Shown piece after piece: positions 11,933 to 25,649 of a DNA stretch of 64,000 nt. The position numbers and the translations under genes are program-made. The notes below the pieces were generated by a model. That model was not told the origin of the DNA and did not search any database. It saw only the letters and a list, made by a program, of their open reading frames with translations. The DNA comes from Amphiscolops sp. MND2022 (taxonomy: Eukaryota), in NCBI GenBank assembly GCA_964187785.1, contig OZ076409.1, positions 70,372,001 to 70,436,000 of the forward strand, given 5' to 3'. Every line of letters begins with the position of its first letter. The first letter of the stretch is position 1.

Positions 11933-12209
11933 TCAGAAGAAGGGTAAATGTCGATTTTTGCAGTTTCCTTCTTGGGAACATTCGATCTGCTCTAGAAAGT
12001 AGAACAATGTCACCAGGAAAGCGAGGGTCATTCCCATGAGGATGGCGGCGATGAAGGTCAACACTATAAGGTCCCGACATGATACTGGAAATGCACCGGA
12101 ATAATCCAGAATTACCTTCGTGACAAATGAAGGCCATCAATGGTTTTTAATTTAAATAATAATACCTTAGAACTCTTTGCACAGGGAATGGGCCAAATTC
12201 TTGGAAATT
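11933..12209 (-). CDS. Two candidate terminal exons (12166-12209, 11933-12115) encoding a single transmembrane helix
   Basis: 44-nt exon, 50-nt GT-AG intron and 183-nt exon give FPRIWPIPCAKSSK|VILDYSGAFPVSCRDLIVLTFIAAILMGMTLAFLVTLFYFLEQIECSQEGNCKNRHLPFF*. This frame is not in the ORF track. Confidence 0.5.
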
Positions 12210-12570
12210 CTACATTGCCAAAAGTTCAAATGTTGTCAAAGTAGTAAAAAATGACAACTTAAGCATCTCACACCGAGAGGCCGGTTCTAAAAATACTTCA
12301 AGCATCATTTCAATCAAAATTTTTGACAAAATTGAAACTTCCGTATGTTATATTTCAAAAAGATGCATGAGTAAATCAATCAAAAATTACAGTAACCAGT
12401 GGTTAATAGGTATCCCGATGAATTTGTGTTCATGCGATTCTATATTTCAGAGACTCCTATGTTGACAATAAATGTAGTGTCATCTGAATAATTTGCAGAT
12501 CTTTTTATGTATCTATTCGTAAATTTTGTTACATTATTGGGTGTCTAAATACAAATATTATCCGGTAATT

Positions 12571-12829
12571 TTAGATAATGCCTGGTCGTCCGCCTGTGGA
12601 GGTGTGGCCGACAACCTCAATCTCGTTTGGCCTGGCACCCATTTTGCCAAAGTGGATCTTGTCTTCACATGGGGAGGCGGGGTTGGAGCAAAGAGGGTGG
12701 TACTCGTAAGCAGCAGGTATCGTAGACACGCTGTTTGAAGAAGGCGTGAAAAAACTGTAGTAACTGTCACTGGGCATCACAGAGCTGTATCTCGATGGAA
12801 AAACAATGGAAGTAGGTAACGCTTTCACC
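12571..12829 (-). CDS. Coding exon, terminal (TAA at 12571) or internally spliced
   Basis: CTCAG acceptor (phase 2) matches the upstream donor; VKALPTSIVFPSRY...GRPGII*. The 3' boundary is uncertain. Confidence 0.6.
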
Positions 12830-13060
12830 CTGAGTAGCCTCAGCCAGCGATTTAACGTTCGAAAAGAAAAAGCTGCGAATTAGTGAAGTTAAATATTAGG
12901 AAAGGACGAAATCAAAAGTTTGTACACTGTTTTGACTTCGGTTTTGAAATTCAACTTCACTCTCAGACGAAGGCTTTCAAAAAATGATGCTTTTAGAACT
13001 GAAAAAGGGTCTTAATTTCTGCCTTCACTATAGATATAAATGGAGTGAGTAAAGCGTTAC

Positions 13061-13637
13061 CTATTATTGTGGCAAAAAATATCAGGCAAATTATGATTGT
13101 TTCCTATGGGCTGGTTGCGGTGGAATGGAATAACTGATGACGAGTTTCTTTTGAAGTTGTTATTGAATAAGTGACTACTCCCTGCAGTGCCGGCGACCGG
13201 TGTAGTGGGCGATGCTGTCGACGTAGGCTGCGAAGTATTGTTATTACTAGTGTTAACTGAGTTATAATTGAAGCTGTAATTTGAGAAAGAGGAAGGAAGA
13301 TGAGAGGAGCGTCTAGCAGCGACACCGCTGCCCCCAATCGTGTGCCACCGGTCTAAAGTTGCAGTGAGGTTGGAAATGGAATCGGCTGATTTGGAGGATG
13401 TCATGTAGGGCGACACCGCACACTGATTGGTGCCGGCACCCGCAGCAGGGAGCAGCGGTGGCTTTTTCAGGATCGAGGTCTGCAGCTTTCCATTGGGCAT
13501 CAAAGCTTTGTTTTGCGGTTGTTGCGTAAATGCATGGTGAGATTGTAGGATGGTCGATTGTGTTGGTTGCTGTTGTTGATGCGATGATGCTACACGAACT
13601 TGATGGGGTGTCTGAACTGTGTTATTGGCGCTGCCGC
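13061..13637 (-). CDS. Low-complexity coding exon (Q/S/N/T-rich)
   Basis: TATTAG acceptor (phase 1), 577 nt open (GSANNTVQTPHQ...DIFCHNN), AG|GTAACG donor (phase 2). Confidence 0.75.
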
Positions 13638-14125
13638 CTAATACGGATGCGAAAGATAGTAGTCACCAATGCGCACTAGTTATATACTTTTATCAACGTG
13701 TTATAAAAGCTTAGCTCTATAAAAATTTGAGTATAAAATAACATTTGAGAAGAGTGACACTTTGATATACAAAGACCAAGCGGATGGTAATGTAATTCTT
13801 ATCACAAATGCAAAATTATCGCTCCAGCGGCATGAAAATCATCGCTAGAAATACACTTTAAATGCCCGAAAATTATTGTCAAAATAATTGCTAGAGCTAC
13901 ACTTTAAATGCCTGAAAAATAGTGTCATAGATCAACAGTTCATCACAAAACATTGGAAGTACATTTCGGAAAATTTGAAAATCCAAAACGAAGACACTAG
14001 GCTTCAAATCAAGAGTTTTGGCGTTCTTGTTTTCCTCTTAATTCTCACATGGAAGCAAAAATCAGGTTGGTAGAAATTGAGAAGCAAGGACAAAGCGCAT
14101 TGATATGCAGGTTGCTATGATTGAC

Positions 14126-14735
14126 CGGTGTTGATATTGGAGGAGATGGGAGGCTGTTGATGCAGAACATGAGCTTCATTGTCGTGATACAAAGTACTGG
14201 AGAGAGATTTCAAAGTATAGTGTGCTGCAGCAGCGGCAGCCGTTGCAACGTCTGTTGATAATGTTGTGGTTCTTGTCACGTTCGATTGATTACCATCAAC
14301 TGCAGCTTGATGAGGAAAGGTGTTGCAAGACGCTGAAGACGTCCCAGTCCCTGTACAGGATGTGGCTGATGATGCATTACAACCTTTACCACTCACTATG
14401 TCTTGTGGGTGATACAAGGGCACTGGAGCCCCCACTGATTGTGTTGATACTCCTCCCGGTGGTCTTGTACCATCTCCTATCTCCGAAATTGCTCTGTTGT
14501 CCATGGTCGAGGTTCCACTGTTACCAACTGACGAAGAGTTGTTACACTGGGGGTCATCACATTGCGGTTGAAGATGCTGTGAAGTCTGCATATCGATTTG
14601 ACAAGAAAGTCTTTTGTTAGTGAACTCCGCCGACATACATGAAGTATCTTGCAGCATGTTAGAGCAAACCGCATCGCCGTTGTCACCAGGATGATACCCC
14701 AGTTCAATAGAAGCGCATCCGTCCCCACATTCCAT
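14126..14735 (-). CDS. Candidate alternative first coding exon (S/T/Q/G-rich), or first exon of a nested same-strand gene
   Basis: 206-codon ORF starting TCCATGG with an in-frame stop 5 codons upstream. Its phase-1 donor (G|GTCAAT, weak) fits the 13637 acceptor. Confidence 0.55.
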
Positions 14736-17295
14736 GGATGGTGATTTTTAATGTTCTTAAATCGAAAGTTCTAATTTGGGTGCTAACAATAAATTGCAAC
14801 TCCAGGATATTGGCAACAAGAAACAGCGAAGGAACACAAATATTTGGCAGATAACATAATTAACCAAGTTGCTTTTCATTGGTCTTTAGGGTATAACAGA
14901 TAAAGCAGGATAGATAGTATAAAGGCCAAACAAAATGGTAATTAATGGAATTGATAGTCAATCTCACAATCACAGGAGGTACAATAGTTATCAAAGATAG
15001 TAAAGAGCTTTGTTGAAAAATAACGTCTGTAACCTTTCGTTTTTCAATCTAATTAATGCTCAACAGCCACTTAAATTGATTTCTAGATGCATTTCCTGTC
15101 TAAAATCGGTAGAAAAATCGATGTTTCCACTGGAACCTAGAAAGAGCTTAACAAGAAAACATGATAAATAGCGCACTACAGAAAAAAACTAGGAAATGAG
15201 GCTTCCGTTATAAAACAAACGCGCGTCAATCGAAAAGAGGCTAGAATTAACAAGAAAGAGCGTGAAATTACCAGTTCGAATTTTGGTGGCCAGGAACTGA
15301 GTGGCCATTTGCAACATTGGAGAAGTGTAACATGTAAACGATCGTGTGGGATAATCACCAACTGGAGAGCGATGTGCAAAATGCATTTCATCGTTGTGAC
15401 ATGGGAAGCTTCAATTCAATGAGCACTTTTGCCACAGTTGTTCGGTGCTGGTCGGCTGACATTGTAGATAGACTGTCTATCTTACGGATACATGGAGCGT
15501 ATACAGTCCTTTTCAAAACAATGCATCGAAAAAATGGAGAAATGTGATACTTTTCAACGTCTATTGCCGATTTAAGCTCAAGTACCCAATAATAACGAGA
15601 TATTGAAAAGTTCATGTACGCAAAGTTGCATATTCGTAGTTTTTGAACAATGGCGAAGAAAATTTTCGAACATTTCCAAGACAAAACCACAGGGGCTCTC
15701 ACTTGGATTTTAGAATGTATCCGAGGAAAAAATTTCATCATTTTGAGACGAAGACTAAATTAAGTCTTTTTTGACGCCGCAGAATTTTTCAATTGTTTTC
15801 ATTCAATGCAATGTTTATACTTTTCACCCTTCAGTATAATCAAATGCCTGGTCAATTTCAAACATTAAAGGGGTTTCCCTTCATGTAATTTAGGGGCTTC
15901 CAGTCGGCGCCAAAACGGAGCGATTCTTGGTTTTCTTGGGACTGAGTTGTCCGTTTATTAGCCTCATGTGCTAAGATTCCGGTGATTTATAAAAGATAAA
16001 CATTCTTATTTTGGAGAAAATGATAAATTGATTCAATATTTTGACATACAGTGACTCTTGAAAACAACATCAACCAATAAACCAAAGTATAAGCTTAATT
16101 TTGTGTAAAGACGAACATAAAATAGTAGTACTACTTTCATAATTGTCTGGGGCACAGTAAAAAGATTGTCACTTTTCCCTAAATTGAGGCGGATTTTGGG
16201 CCAATATTGGAAGCTAATATAAACGGGCACAATCGACATTATTCAGTCAAAATACGTGTTGCGTAATGAAATTAGGCGATGGCAGATAATAAACATGAAT
16301 TGTAACGAAGTAATATTAGTACCAGAAATATCAATAAACTTGCAGTGTCCAGTGTCAGCGCAATTAAAACGAACCCATATGACAGTCGAGGCTTCTAAAC
16401 AAGGCAACAAGATTTGTGTCCGTGTTTTTCACTACTCGGTGGGAAACTATGCGTCCGTCTTACAAGTTGAGTGATCAAAAATTCGTGTTGTTGACATTGT
16501 TTACTAAAGCAGATAAGCAACAGAAGAAACGCAATTCGATCAAACCCCTGAGGTACCTGCACTACCTAACACGACCACCGCTTCATAAGTAACAAGAATC
16601 CAACATAAAGAAATGCAGAAAAGAGCAAAACAAAGCAGTCTGAGGTAAGCACGTTTGAGTTGTACAAAATCAACTGTCGCAGAAAAATTGAGAGCTTTAC
16701 AAGTTGGGCTAGTCTAGACAAGGTCATTCAGAAGTGAAAAGTTGCGACAATTTAAGCGCCACCTAATTGCGTAACAACAGCGGGATGAAAGTGAGAAAAC
16801 AAAATATCTTAGCGAAATAGTATCCGGCCGGACCGAATTGAAACCATGGTTGTTATTTTCAGAAACACCTCCGTCCGCTATACATAGCTTCTCAAAGCAG
16901 CAACAAGAAAAAGAGGTACAACGTCATACAGTTTCGCTGAATATACTAGGTTATTATAATGAGCTGCTAGGGCGAAGCATTTCTTTACTCAAACAGGCTG
17001 CCGGTTTGAAAACAACAGGAATAACTTCATAATAAACCGAGTTTCGCTGGCAGAAGAAACTTAATAAATCAATGTGAACTTGTGAGTGAATTAGGATCAG
17101 ATAAATTTGATTGAACCCACAGTCAAATTTACTCGCTTCTAAGTAGGAACAGCTAAAGCAAGACAATTAACAAAAAGTACACATGGTGATATTTGCCAAC
17201 ACAAGAACTGGTTTTCACAAGAAAAGGCAAAGGCAGAAGATCAGATGTGTCAAACCATTTCGCGACACCAGAGCTTGAAATTTCGTCATACCAAA

Positions 17296-17624
17296 ACAAG
17301 ACGGGAACGTTTAAAGGCGGCGCCCGCTTAAGACTGAAAAAGCACAATCTTGCTAAAAGGTTTTATAAAAATTTCGAGAAAAAATTCCACAGTTCCGAAA
17401 AACAAATTATTTTCTTTTCTTAACTGAAAATGTCTACAACCAAAGGAAGGACCTTTTTGGTGAACTGGGAAAAACTTCAGTGCCAAAAATACAAAGGGAA
17501 TCCTTTGGTTTCATACAGCTCTATAGTTTTGGCTTTTTGGGCACCCTTTCGATCTCAGGCTAACATTGTAAAAAGTGTATTGTTCAGATATATCCAGTGG
17601 TCTTACAAAGAGAGCCGACAAAAA
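17296..17624 (-). mobile_element. Degenerate HINE-like copy
   Basis: ACAAGACGGGAACGTT..GGCGGCGCC start, GCCGACAAAA end. Confidence 0.6.
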
Positions 17625-18805
17625 TTATGAACACCAGAAAAGCAAAAAAGGCCTGGAAAATGAACAACGAGACTTTTAAAGCTATAGTATGGAAGATGGT
17701 CTAAATACCAGTTTGCTGAATTGGTTGTCGAAATCGAAATCAAAATTTTCTCAGACAGCCGTAATACAGGTTGGTGAGGCAATACACAGAGGAATATAGC
17801 GGCAAATTTCGATCAACACGTAAAACACGTCAACTTTTGTGATCGAATTTCAAACTTCAACAAACACTTTAACACTTTAAGGAAACCATTACAGCCGCAA
17901 CATCGCTACCATTACGCCACAGCTGTTGGAGTACCAAGGAACTAATATATCGAGTCTCGGATGAGCAATTGAAAAATAAAATGAAGCTGCATGTTTCAGA
18001 TGTTCTAATCGACAAAGCTTCAGTGGAACACGATTGAACATTCAACTTTTCAGCATATTGAAACAAGCAGGGAACGGCCCAAGTCCGCGATCGCAAAAGG
18101 TTCAAAAGTGCGAATTTGATTAGGAATTGTGCCGGAGAAAAAAGCGACTTTGCCAAATATATAGCAAAGGGGCTTCGGGCTTTTTTGGTTTCCACGCGGT
18201 ATTCAGAGAGGAACCTAGTTGAGACATCGAACAGTTTTTGCAAAACACTCAAGACTGAAAAGGTTCTTTTCGAGTTCATTTTAAAAAAACTACAACACTC
18301 AAATGACCAAACGGAGGACCCTGTGGATGCTTTCTAGCAAATATACTACATGAATTGCGAATAAGTCTGTGAGAAACACGGAAAAAATATGAAACTATAA
18401 AAGGATTACTTTACACTATCACAAAATAAAAAAATACATCTCATTTTGAAAAGAACAAAACTTCAGGTTCTATCACATTCAAAAGCCTACCTTCTGCCTA
18501 GCAAAACGTAGAAAAATGGGGAAATGCGCGATATCCTAATTGCGTTTTTTATACGTTATAAACGGAATATTACAAGATGTATTAGAGCAGGTCAACTCGA
18601 GATTTTTAAAATTGGCTTGGTTAAGACTCGAACATAGTTTCAGAATATATAATTTCAGAACAACCTAGTTTCCAAAGAGTTAACGTTCTGTGGCGAGAAA
18701 AACCAAAACTAATCACTGTAAGCTATCGAAATATACAAGGCATTGCACGGTATTTTTTGGTGATTGTGAGTCCGCATAGTATCTTCAACCGATCACAATA
18801 GAAAA

Positions 18806-19448
18806 GGAGGACGGGAACGTCCAAAGTCGGCGCTATACCTAAGGCTCAAAAATCACCACGTTTTTAAAATATGCCCAGGAAGTTTTCATGGAAATGTCGA
18901 AGCACTCAAAACCCTTCAGAAGTTCAGATGTAGCGTGTTGAGACATGCGAGCAATTTTTTTTTGATCCTACGCCTCCTCCACGGTAAATCGCAAATTACT
19001 TTAGACATAACGTCTAAAGTTCCGATATAGCGTGCTGGGACAGATGGGAACCTCAACCTCCTCCTTAGTAGAACGCAATATAGTTCGAATATAACGTCGA
19101 AAATTCGGATATATCACAATATTTTCGAATCCCCCACCTGCAAAATTCGGATAGTATTGAAAGAAATTATTGGTGGATATAAATTGAGAAAACCTAGTAT
19201 CATGCAAAAAATGACAATTTTGAACAGTTTCTCAATGCCGAAAAATGAGAAAGGGGACCATTCGGCTTTGCATGTTACGTTTTAAAAAATGAGTGGGGAA
19301 GCCTTTGCACTATCTTAGATGTGTTTTCGCTGACCAGACTTGATCGGTACGAGTAGTTTAGTAGTTTCTGTAAAAAGGTATCTGACGAAAAAAACTAGTC
19401 ACTGCAATAGTAGGGCTTTTTTCTCAAGGGAAAATGCGCCGACTAAAA
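18806..19448 (-). mobile_element. HINE-like copy (same internal subfamily as the 9358 copy)
   Basis: GACGGGAACGTCCAAAGTCGGCGC start, GCGCCGACTAAAA end; interior shared with 9400-9900. Confidence 0.8.
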
Positions 19449-19523
19449 GAACGCGCCATTGTATTAGTTGCTCTCATTTTCTACCGAAATGCGACGACTA
19501 AAAACAAAACGCAAAATCATAAC

Positions 19524-19966
19524 CAGAGTTGGAACCGCGTCATGATTTTTTACCCGAAGCCCGGCCCGTGCCCGTTTAAAAAATCCTGACACGGCCCGAT
19601 ATTTTGGACACGAAATTGCCCTAAAACGAATTTGGTAAGTAAATTGTAAATGATAATCAGGTATAAGCATCATGAAAATTCAAAAATCCCAGTTTTTACA
19701 CCATTAGTCAAAAATTCAGATCAGACAGTTTTTGGCAGACATCTGGGCTCAACGAGCTGTGCGAATGAAACCCGCTTGACTAAAATTTCGTTCACTTTGA
19801 GCAAATAAAAAGAATTGTGAAAATTATTAGCCCAGTTTAGTGTATAAATTTTCGATTTATTTTGTGAATTGTTATACCCGGCCCGAAAAAATTCAAGCTC
19901 GAAAAAGCCTGGCTATAAGACCGCCCGGTCCGGCAACATTTAATCACGTGCTTGGTTCCAACTCTG
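19524..19966. mobile_element. hAT-type MITE
   Basis: TIR CAGAGTTGGAACC/GGTTCCAACTCTG, perfect 8-bp TSD ATCATAAC (19516-23, 19967-74), GCCCG subterminal repeats. Confidence 0.88.
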
Positions 19967-22900
19967 ATCATAACCTAGGGATAAAATCGCGGACTAAAAC
20001 ATGAGAAACCCCTGTTGTCAGCTTTAAGGATATGCAAAATGTAGTTGAATAACTCGGAAAAATAAGACAGACTGATGAGCAAATTAATCTACTAAAACGA
20101 AATTGAGATGGAAGAAAATGGAGTGAGATAAGTTTAATTGAAGGGTAGGTAGGTAGATGGTAGATCAGAGAATCATTTGAAGAGGGAACTTCGACTATTC
20201 TAACAGACGTACATGATACAAAATAGGATGTCAAAACAAGAAAGTAAGCTGATAAACTTGACGGATGGCTTGCAATAGGATTAGATGGTCTTCTTTTTGA
20301 ATTATGGTCTGAATTTTTATTAAAAACAAGTCTTGGTATTTACTATAAGACATAAGCGTAAAATTAAGAGGAGAAACAAAATCAAACAGCAAGTAGACTG
20401 ACTGAGAAAAAATTTAAAGTTGAATTGTGGTCCACTGAAGCGAATAGACACAGACAGCCCCGCACAATTTAATATCGCTTTGTTTAATTCGATTCAACTC
20501 ATAAAGAGAATAACAGATTTTAGCCGGAGACGTTACCATTCTAATGGAGTGGAAACACCAGATCATAATAATATGATATTGTCAATTCTAGGCAAATGAA
20601 CGGCGGCGATGAATTGAACAGAATTGTTGCTAAATTCATGATGAATTGCAATGTCATAATCTTCTTAATCTATGCAACCCGTTTTCACTTGCCTATCTTA
20701 GGAAAGCTAGCAACGGAGAACAATTACAGCAAAGCCAGGGCAATAACAATGAAAAGAGCCAGCAGAGCCTCTGGATCGTTGAAAAAGAGGGGAAAGTAGA
20801 AAGAGGAGCTTCAACTGGTGGTAGCTGTTAAAGTAATTGATGACTATGACACATTTGTTTCATTTCTTGGTGCAGATACCACCACGTGTTGCTATCTGAT
20901 GAATAGCAGCTCTATACTTTGCCTTGCACGCGTAGGTGGTGTGCCCTAGTGTCTTGTCTTATCTTCACTGCCTTACCTCCCACTAGCACTTCAACTTGGC
21001 CGACTACTGGGCATGTAAGCTCTGGGGGTAGTGGCGGGTGTGTAGCGAGCGGGCGGGTCCTTGGACACAGACACAGGCGATAGAGACCCTCCCCAGAGAG
21101 TGAGCGATAAAATATTGCATTGACTTACATCACACACACAAAACGTGCGGATGGAATGAGAAAGACAGCAGTTAATGCAATCAATGCCAATTGAGTGAAA
21201 TCAGTGGGGAAATCAGCGTCAGCCATTAGTATTGCAACCCCAACTACCCCTGTTCAGGATCAGCACTCTGCTTGTGACGTCTAACCTGACCCACTGTAGG
21301 TTTAAATGCCATTTAATGAAAACAGGGCCAATGTAGTAGCAAGGAAAAAGCAGGCGGGATCAAGCGGGCATTTCAAGAGTGCCCCAGAGGCAGACTTCTT
21401 CAGGCTAATGAGAACATTGCTAAGAACAATAGTCGATGAAGGCACCACTTTTACTTCATTTCCGATACCATACACCACCGGCTTAGTAAGAACAGAACTT
21501 CTTTCTCTCGGTTAAACTAAGACACTTGAGCGATCAAAGACTCATTAATTCACAAAAGGTAACATCGTTTAACTTGAAAAAAAGGAAGATAAATGAACAT
21601 CGGCAATTCGATTCGTTCAGAAGCACTCACTGGAATCTAAGATGCACAAAAGGCTCTCATTACGTAGAGTGAATAGAACTTCAAAACCGATCTAATTTTT
21701 TGCTCTCAAGGGCCGAAGATTCTAAGAGAAACAAGCAGTGATCATGGATGAAAGAACAAAACAATCATCTGCATTGGGCATATTCCAACGATTTCATGGT
21801 TAACAAACTGCTACTGCAAGAAATCAAAACCACTTAATACGGTTAGCGAATGAACATTTTAAACGTTTCGTCACCGGAAAGTCTTTCGAATTACAACCGA
21901 ATTGAGGACAAATGTTGCGGGAAAGTGAATTCGAAACTCATTTTCATGACCCATTTTAATGAGGATTTACATCCTAGGGAATACAAATTTATTATAAAAG
22001 AATTAGGAAATACGATAGTTGAAGAAGTAAAGCGTAGCAAAGAGCAATTCGATTGAATTGTTTTCACAAAAATACAGACAGAACAGCGAAAATTATTGCA
22101 TCAGCAAACACTTTCATTCGGAAAATATTTCAAGATAACTATATCAGTAAAACGAAGAATCTACAAAAATTGCATTGGAAGATTTCATCACAAAAATGAG
22201 CCAAAATGGAGTGATTATTTTAAGAGGCCAAACGAGTTTTGAACTCTATGAAAAACCCGTACTATGCGAAAATAAACGAAACATGGATTGTGCTCTCTGC
22301 ACGCTTAAGATCTTACAAACAGTCCAAAAATACACTTTGGCACAATGATCAAACGACCTTCTGAACGCCAAAACCCAAAGCGTAACCCGATATGCTAGAT
22401 AATAGATTGACAAAAACAATACTCTTCGACATCCAAAGTTTGAAAATGTTAACCAAAATCAATATAAACGAATGCCGTTAACGGCATAAGTCGGCGCCCC
22501 GTTTAAGGCTCAAAAATAGCAATATGACGCTACGGTACCCGAAAAACCCACATTTAAGAGGACCGAACTGGCGCGCTAAAAGGGGATCCATTGGGATTTT
22601 TAAACATCCATTCTGTTGCAAAATATCGAAGGGGGGATGGTGAATCCTCGCATAGCATTGCCCTTGTTGACCAGCTGGACTTTATCAAAATACTCAAGAT
22701 GATGGTTTTGCTAGTTCATGGAAAGCCCTAAGCAGCTTCTAACTTTTGCTGTTCAATTTAGCAATGCACTGTTGGGTTAAAAGTGTCAAAATAGGGGCAT
22801 ACGCTGACTTGATTGACTTCACTTCCATGTTTAGAAATTTTGTGACGTGAGAAATATGGGGTGAGAAAAACTTGAAGAAAACGATAGTTCGCACAAATAA

Positions 22901-24149
22901 AACACTTAATTGGCTTTTTGTGAAAGCAAAATTAATACACTAAAAGTTTACGAAAAATTGAACGGAACCAATCAAGTGTAATTTTCTGCTCCAGTGGTGT
23001 CAACGGAGTTACCATTTCAAAAAACAAAAACGTCCCACCAATGGGACCAAAATGATAACCTAGAGCGCAATAACCTAGAAAACTTTTTTCACCCATCCCA
23101 AAACTTTATCCAGACATTATAAATTTAATTAGTCGATGTAAGGAAGAAAAAGCCGGGAATAGCCCAAAATAGTTCCAAAAAACGTGAGCCTTCGAAACCA
23201 TCTTCAAATATAAAAGATGTGATGGCTATACAATAGGCACCGAGGCACCATTCATGTAGAACACCAGAGTTGATAAAATTTCGTTTCCACGCTTAATTAA
23301 AAAAGCTAGTGTTGTGGTCTACCAATTTTCACGAAGTAAAAAAGCTGACTTTAAGTATGCCAATTAGTAACAATTGTCAAGAGGAAATATGAAAAATATG
23401 AAAGTTAGGAAACCGAACAGACGACATTCAGAGTAATAGAAACAATTGTTATTGTATATCAACTACACTTGATCAAACGACCCAATGGGGCCAAATTAAT
23501 CTCTACTAAGTCACAACACTAAAACTCAATAAACAAAAAACCAAGCAAAGAAAATAGCCAAAATAATGAAGTTTCAGCCATTTCTAACCTAAATTAGAAT
23601 CCCAGATTCACCCTTCATTTTACGAGTTATTCAAACACCGATATTAATGCATGAATGATTTAGACTTTCTTTGGCTGTCAGATCGGGAGTTTGTCTCGTG
23701 CGTCCAAATGGGACTTGAAAGGGACTTTCAAAATAAGCCAATTTTATTGACATATTTTACGCAGTCAACGATTACCATTATAAAATTTTTTCTCATAACC
23801 AGACCTATCTGGCAATTGCGTTATTTTAAATTGAGCTATTTAGGTTTATATCACCAGTGAGGTAATTGGTCCCACCTTTATATTGGTTGCCAAAAACATA
23901 TTCGCTTAAATAGATATGAACTTCAAATCGATGAAAAGGAATTTACTGATCACAGACCAGATAACCCTTTTGTTAACAGCAACATATATCGGCAAAAATT
24001 AAAACCCAAAATTTTATCCAGTTATCATAAAACCTATTCTCTGAAACTCGGAACATAAAAGTTTGAGTTTAGGCAGATGTACAAGATATGACGAAAGTAC
24101 TTATTATAGCCGAACAACAGTGAAAATATCAATAAATGGTTGTACATAC

Positions 24150-24311
24150 CTGACAGTCTGTTTGACTCAGAGGTAGTCTTGGTCTCATCCCTGTGCGAGA
24201 ATTGTTTGTGCAGAGGTAAATGTGCTTTGCTAGCCTCGTTCTCGCTTGTCGTGCTTTCAACCGACGCCGACTTGAACTCCACCTTGGGCAGATCGTGAGC
24301 CAGGGAGGAGG
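24150..24311 (-). CDS. ERG-like gene, N-terminal linker exon
   Basis: TTCCAG acceptor, SSLAHDLPKVEFKSAS...SNRLS, AG|GTATGT donor, phase 1-1. Confidence 0.75.
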
Positions 24312-24336
24312 CTGGAACGATCATATGATACAGTTA

Positions 24337-25238
24337 ACAAGCCGAGAACGGCCAAAGTCGGCGCCATATCTAAGGCTCAAAATTTGAAAGGGGGACCCTT
24401 CGGGCTTTGTGAAACTCCAGCTGGTTGCAAAAAATTTGAAAAAAAATTGAAGGGGGCCCTTTGGAGACATGAAAAAATTTCCCAAAAAAATTTTTTAATG
24501 AGATTTTTGAACAGTGTCACAGTGCCGAAAAATGTAAAAGGGGGGACCCTTTGCGATTTTTTGACATCCATTGTGTTGCAAAATATCGAAACAAATGAAG
24601 GGGGGACCCTCTGGTGCAATCCAAAAAACTTCAAAAAAAGTGCTGAAAAAAAGTGGGGCTAAGGTGTGTTTTCGAGGTTGTGGACGTCTGTTTTGTTTTT
24701 TCTTTTCGTTTTGGACGCGCTTCTGAGGTTGGAGTTGTTGAGGTTTGAAGTTGTTGAAGTTTGAGGTTGTTGAACAAATGAACAAAAAAGTGGACCTTTC
24801 GTGTCTAAAAAAAACTACCCTTTGTAATAGTCGGACACATTTTCTACTAAAATGCGCCGACTAAAAACCAGGCACAAAATGAACAAGCCGGGTAATAAAT
24901 CCAAGGCTCAAAAATAGCAAAAGGACTTCAAAGTGTCAAGGTATTCTCTTCTACAGTACCCGAAAAACCTAAAAGTTGGACCGAGTTGGCGCAAAATTTT
25001 TATCGGAAAGTTTCAATGCCGAAAAAACTGAAAGGTGAACCCTTTAGTCTCGCTGGGTGTTGCATGTTACGCGGAAAAAAGTAAAAAACCTTTTTGGTTC
25101 AGTTCCTTGGGCCAACAGGTACAATTTGGCACCTTAAAATTTTGTAGAACTTTTGGTAGAACTATTTTGGTCACTTCAGGTGTATGAAAATGAAACACTG
25201 ACGAAAAAGTGTCTTCTTGAGAAAAGCGCCGACTAAAA
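24337..25238 (-). mobile_element. Two adjacent HINE-like copies (24337-24866, 24883-25238)
   Basis: Each starts ACAAGCCG and ends GCGCCGACTAAAA. The first is closely similar to 49651-50187. Confidence 0.8.
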
Positions 25239-25422
25239 ATGCTAGGAGTATAATACAAATATTCACATGGAAAAGAAACTAGTTTGTATCAATATAATGT
25301 TCCACTGTTGACAACGAAAATTTCCACCAGCCAAGCTTCAGACTTCGATAACTCAAAGCTTATTGAAAGTTTCCAGAACTTCATCTAAGTTTGTGTATAT
25401 ATTATGAAAATGAGAGATTCAC

Positions 25423-25649
25423 CAAAAGGAGATTTTGATGCATTGAATCGTGCTTTTTTGCTCGGTGAAGATTGCCGAGTGCTGTCTCCTGTGCCTGTCT
25501 CGGGAGACGCTTTGCTATCCTGAGGACTGCTGGCTCTGTCGCCCCGATTACTAGACTGAATGTTGGGGTATACTGATTGAGAATCGTCATCCGGAATTAC
25601 TCTACTCGTGATCGAAGGAAAGACTTCCTCCTTCTCTTCAGCGGGCTTC
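25423..25649 (-). CDS. ERG-like gene, N-terminal linker exon
   Basis: CTTTCAG acceptor (phase 2), KPAEEKEEVFPSITSRVIPDDDSQ...ASKSPF, GTGAAT donor (phase 1). The frame differs from the listed 25402..25590 ORF. Confidence 0.75.

Noticed and set aside
11933..12115. KASH-domain reading of the TM helix plus Cys tail
   Set aside because: The tail is short and ends HLPFF, not PPPX.
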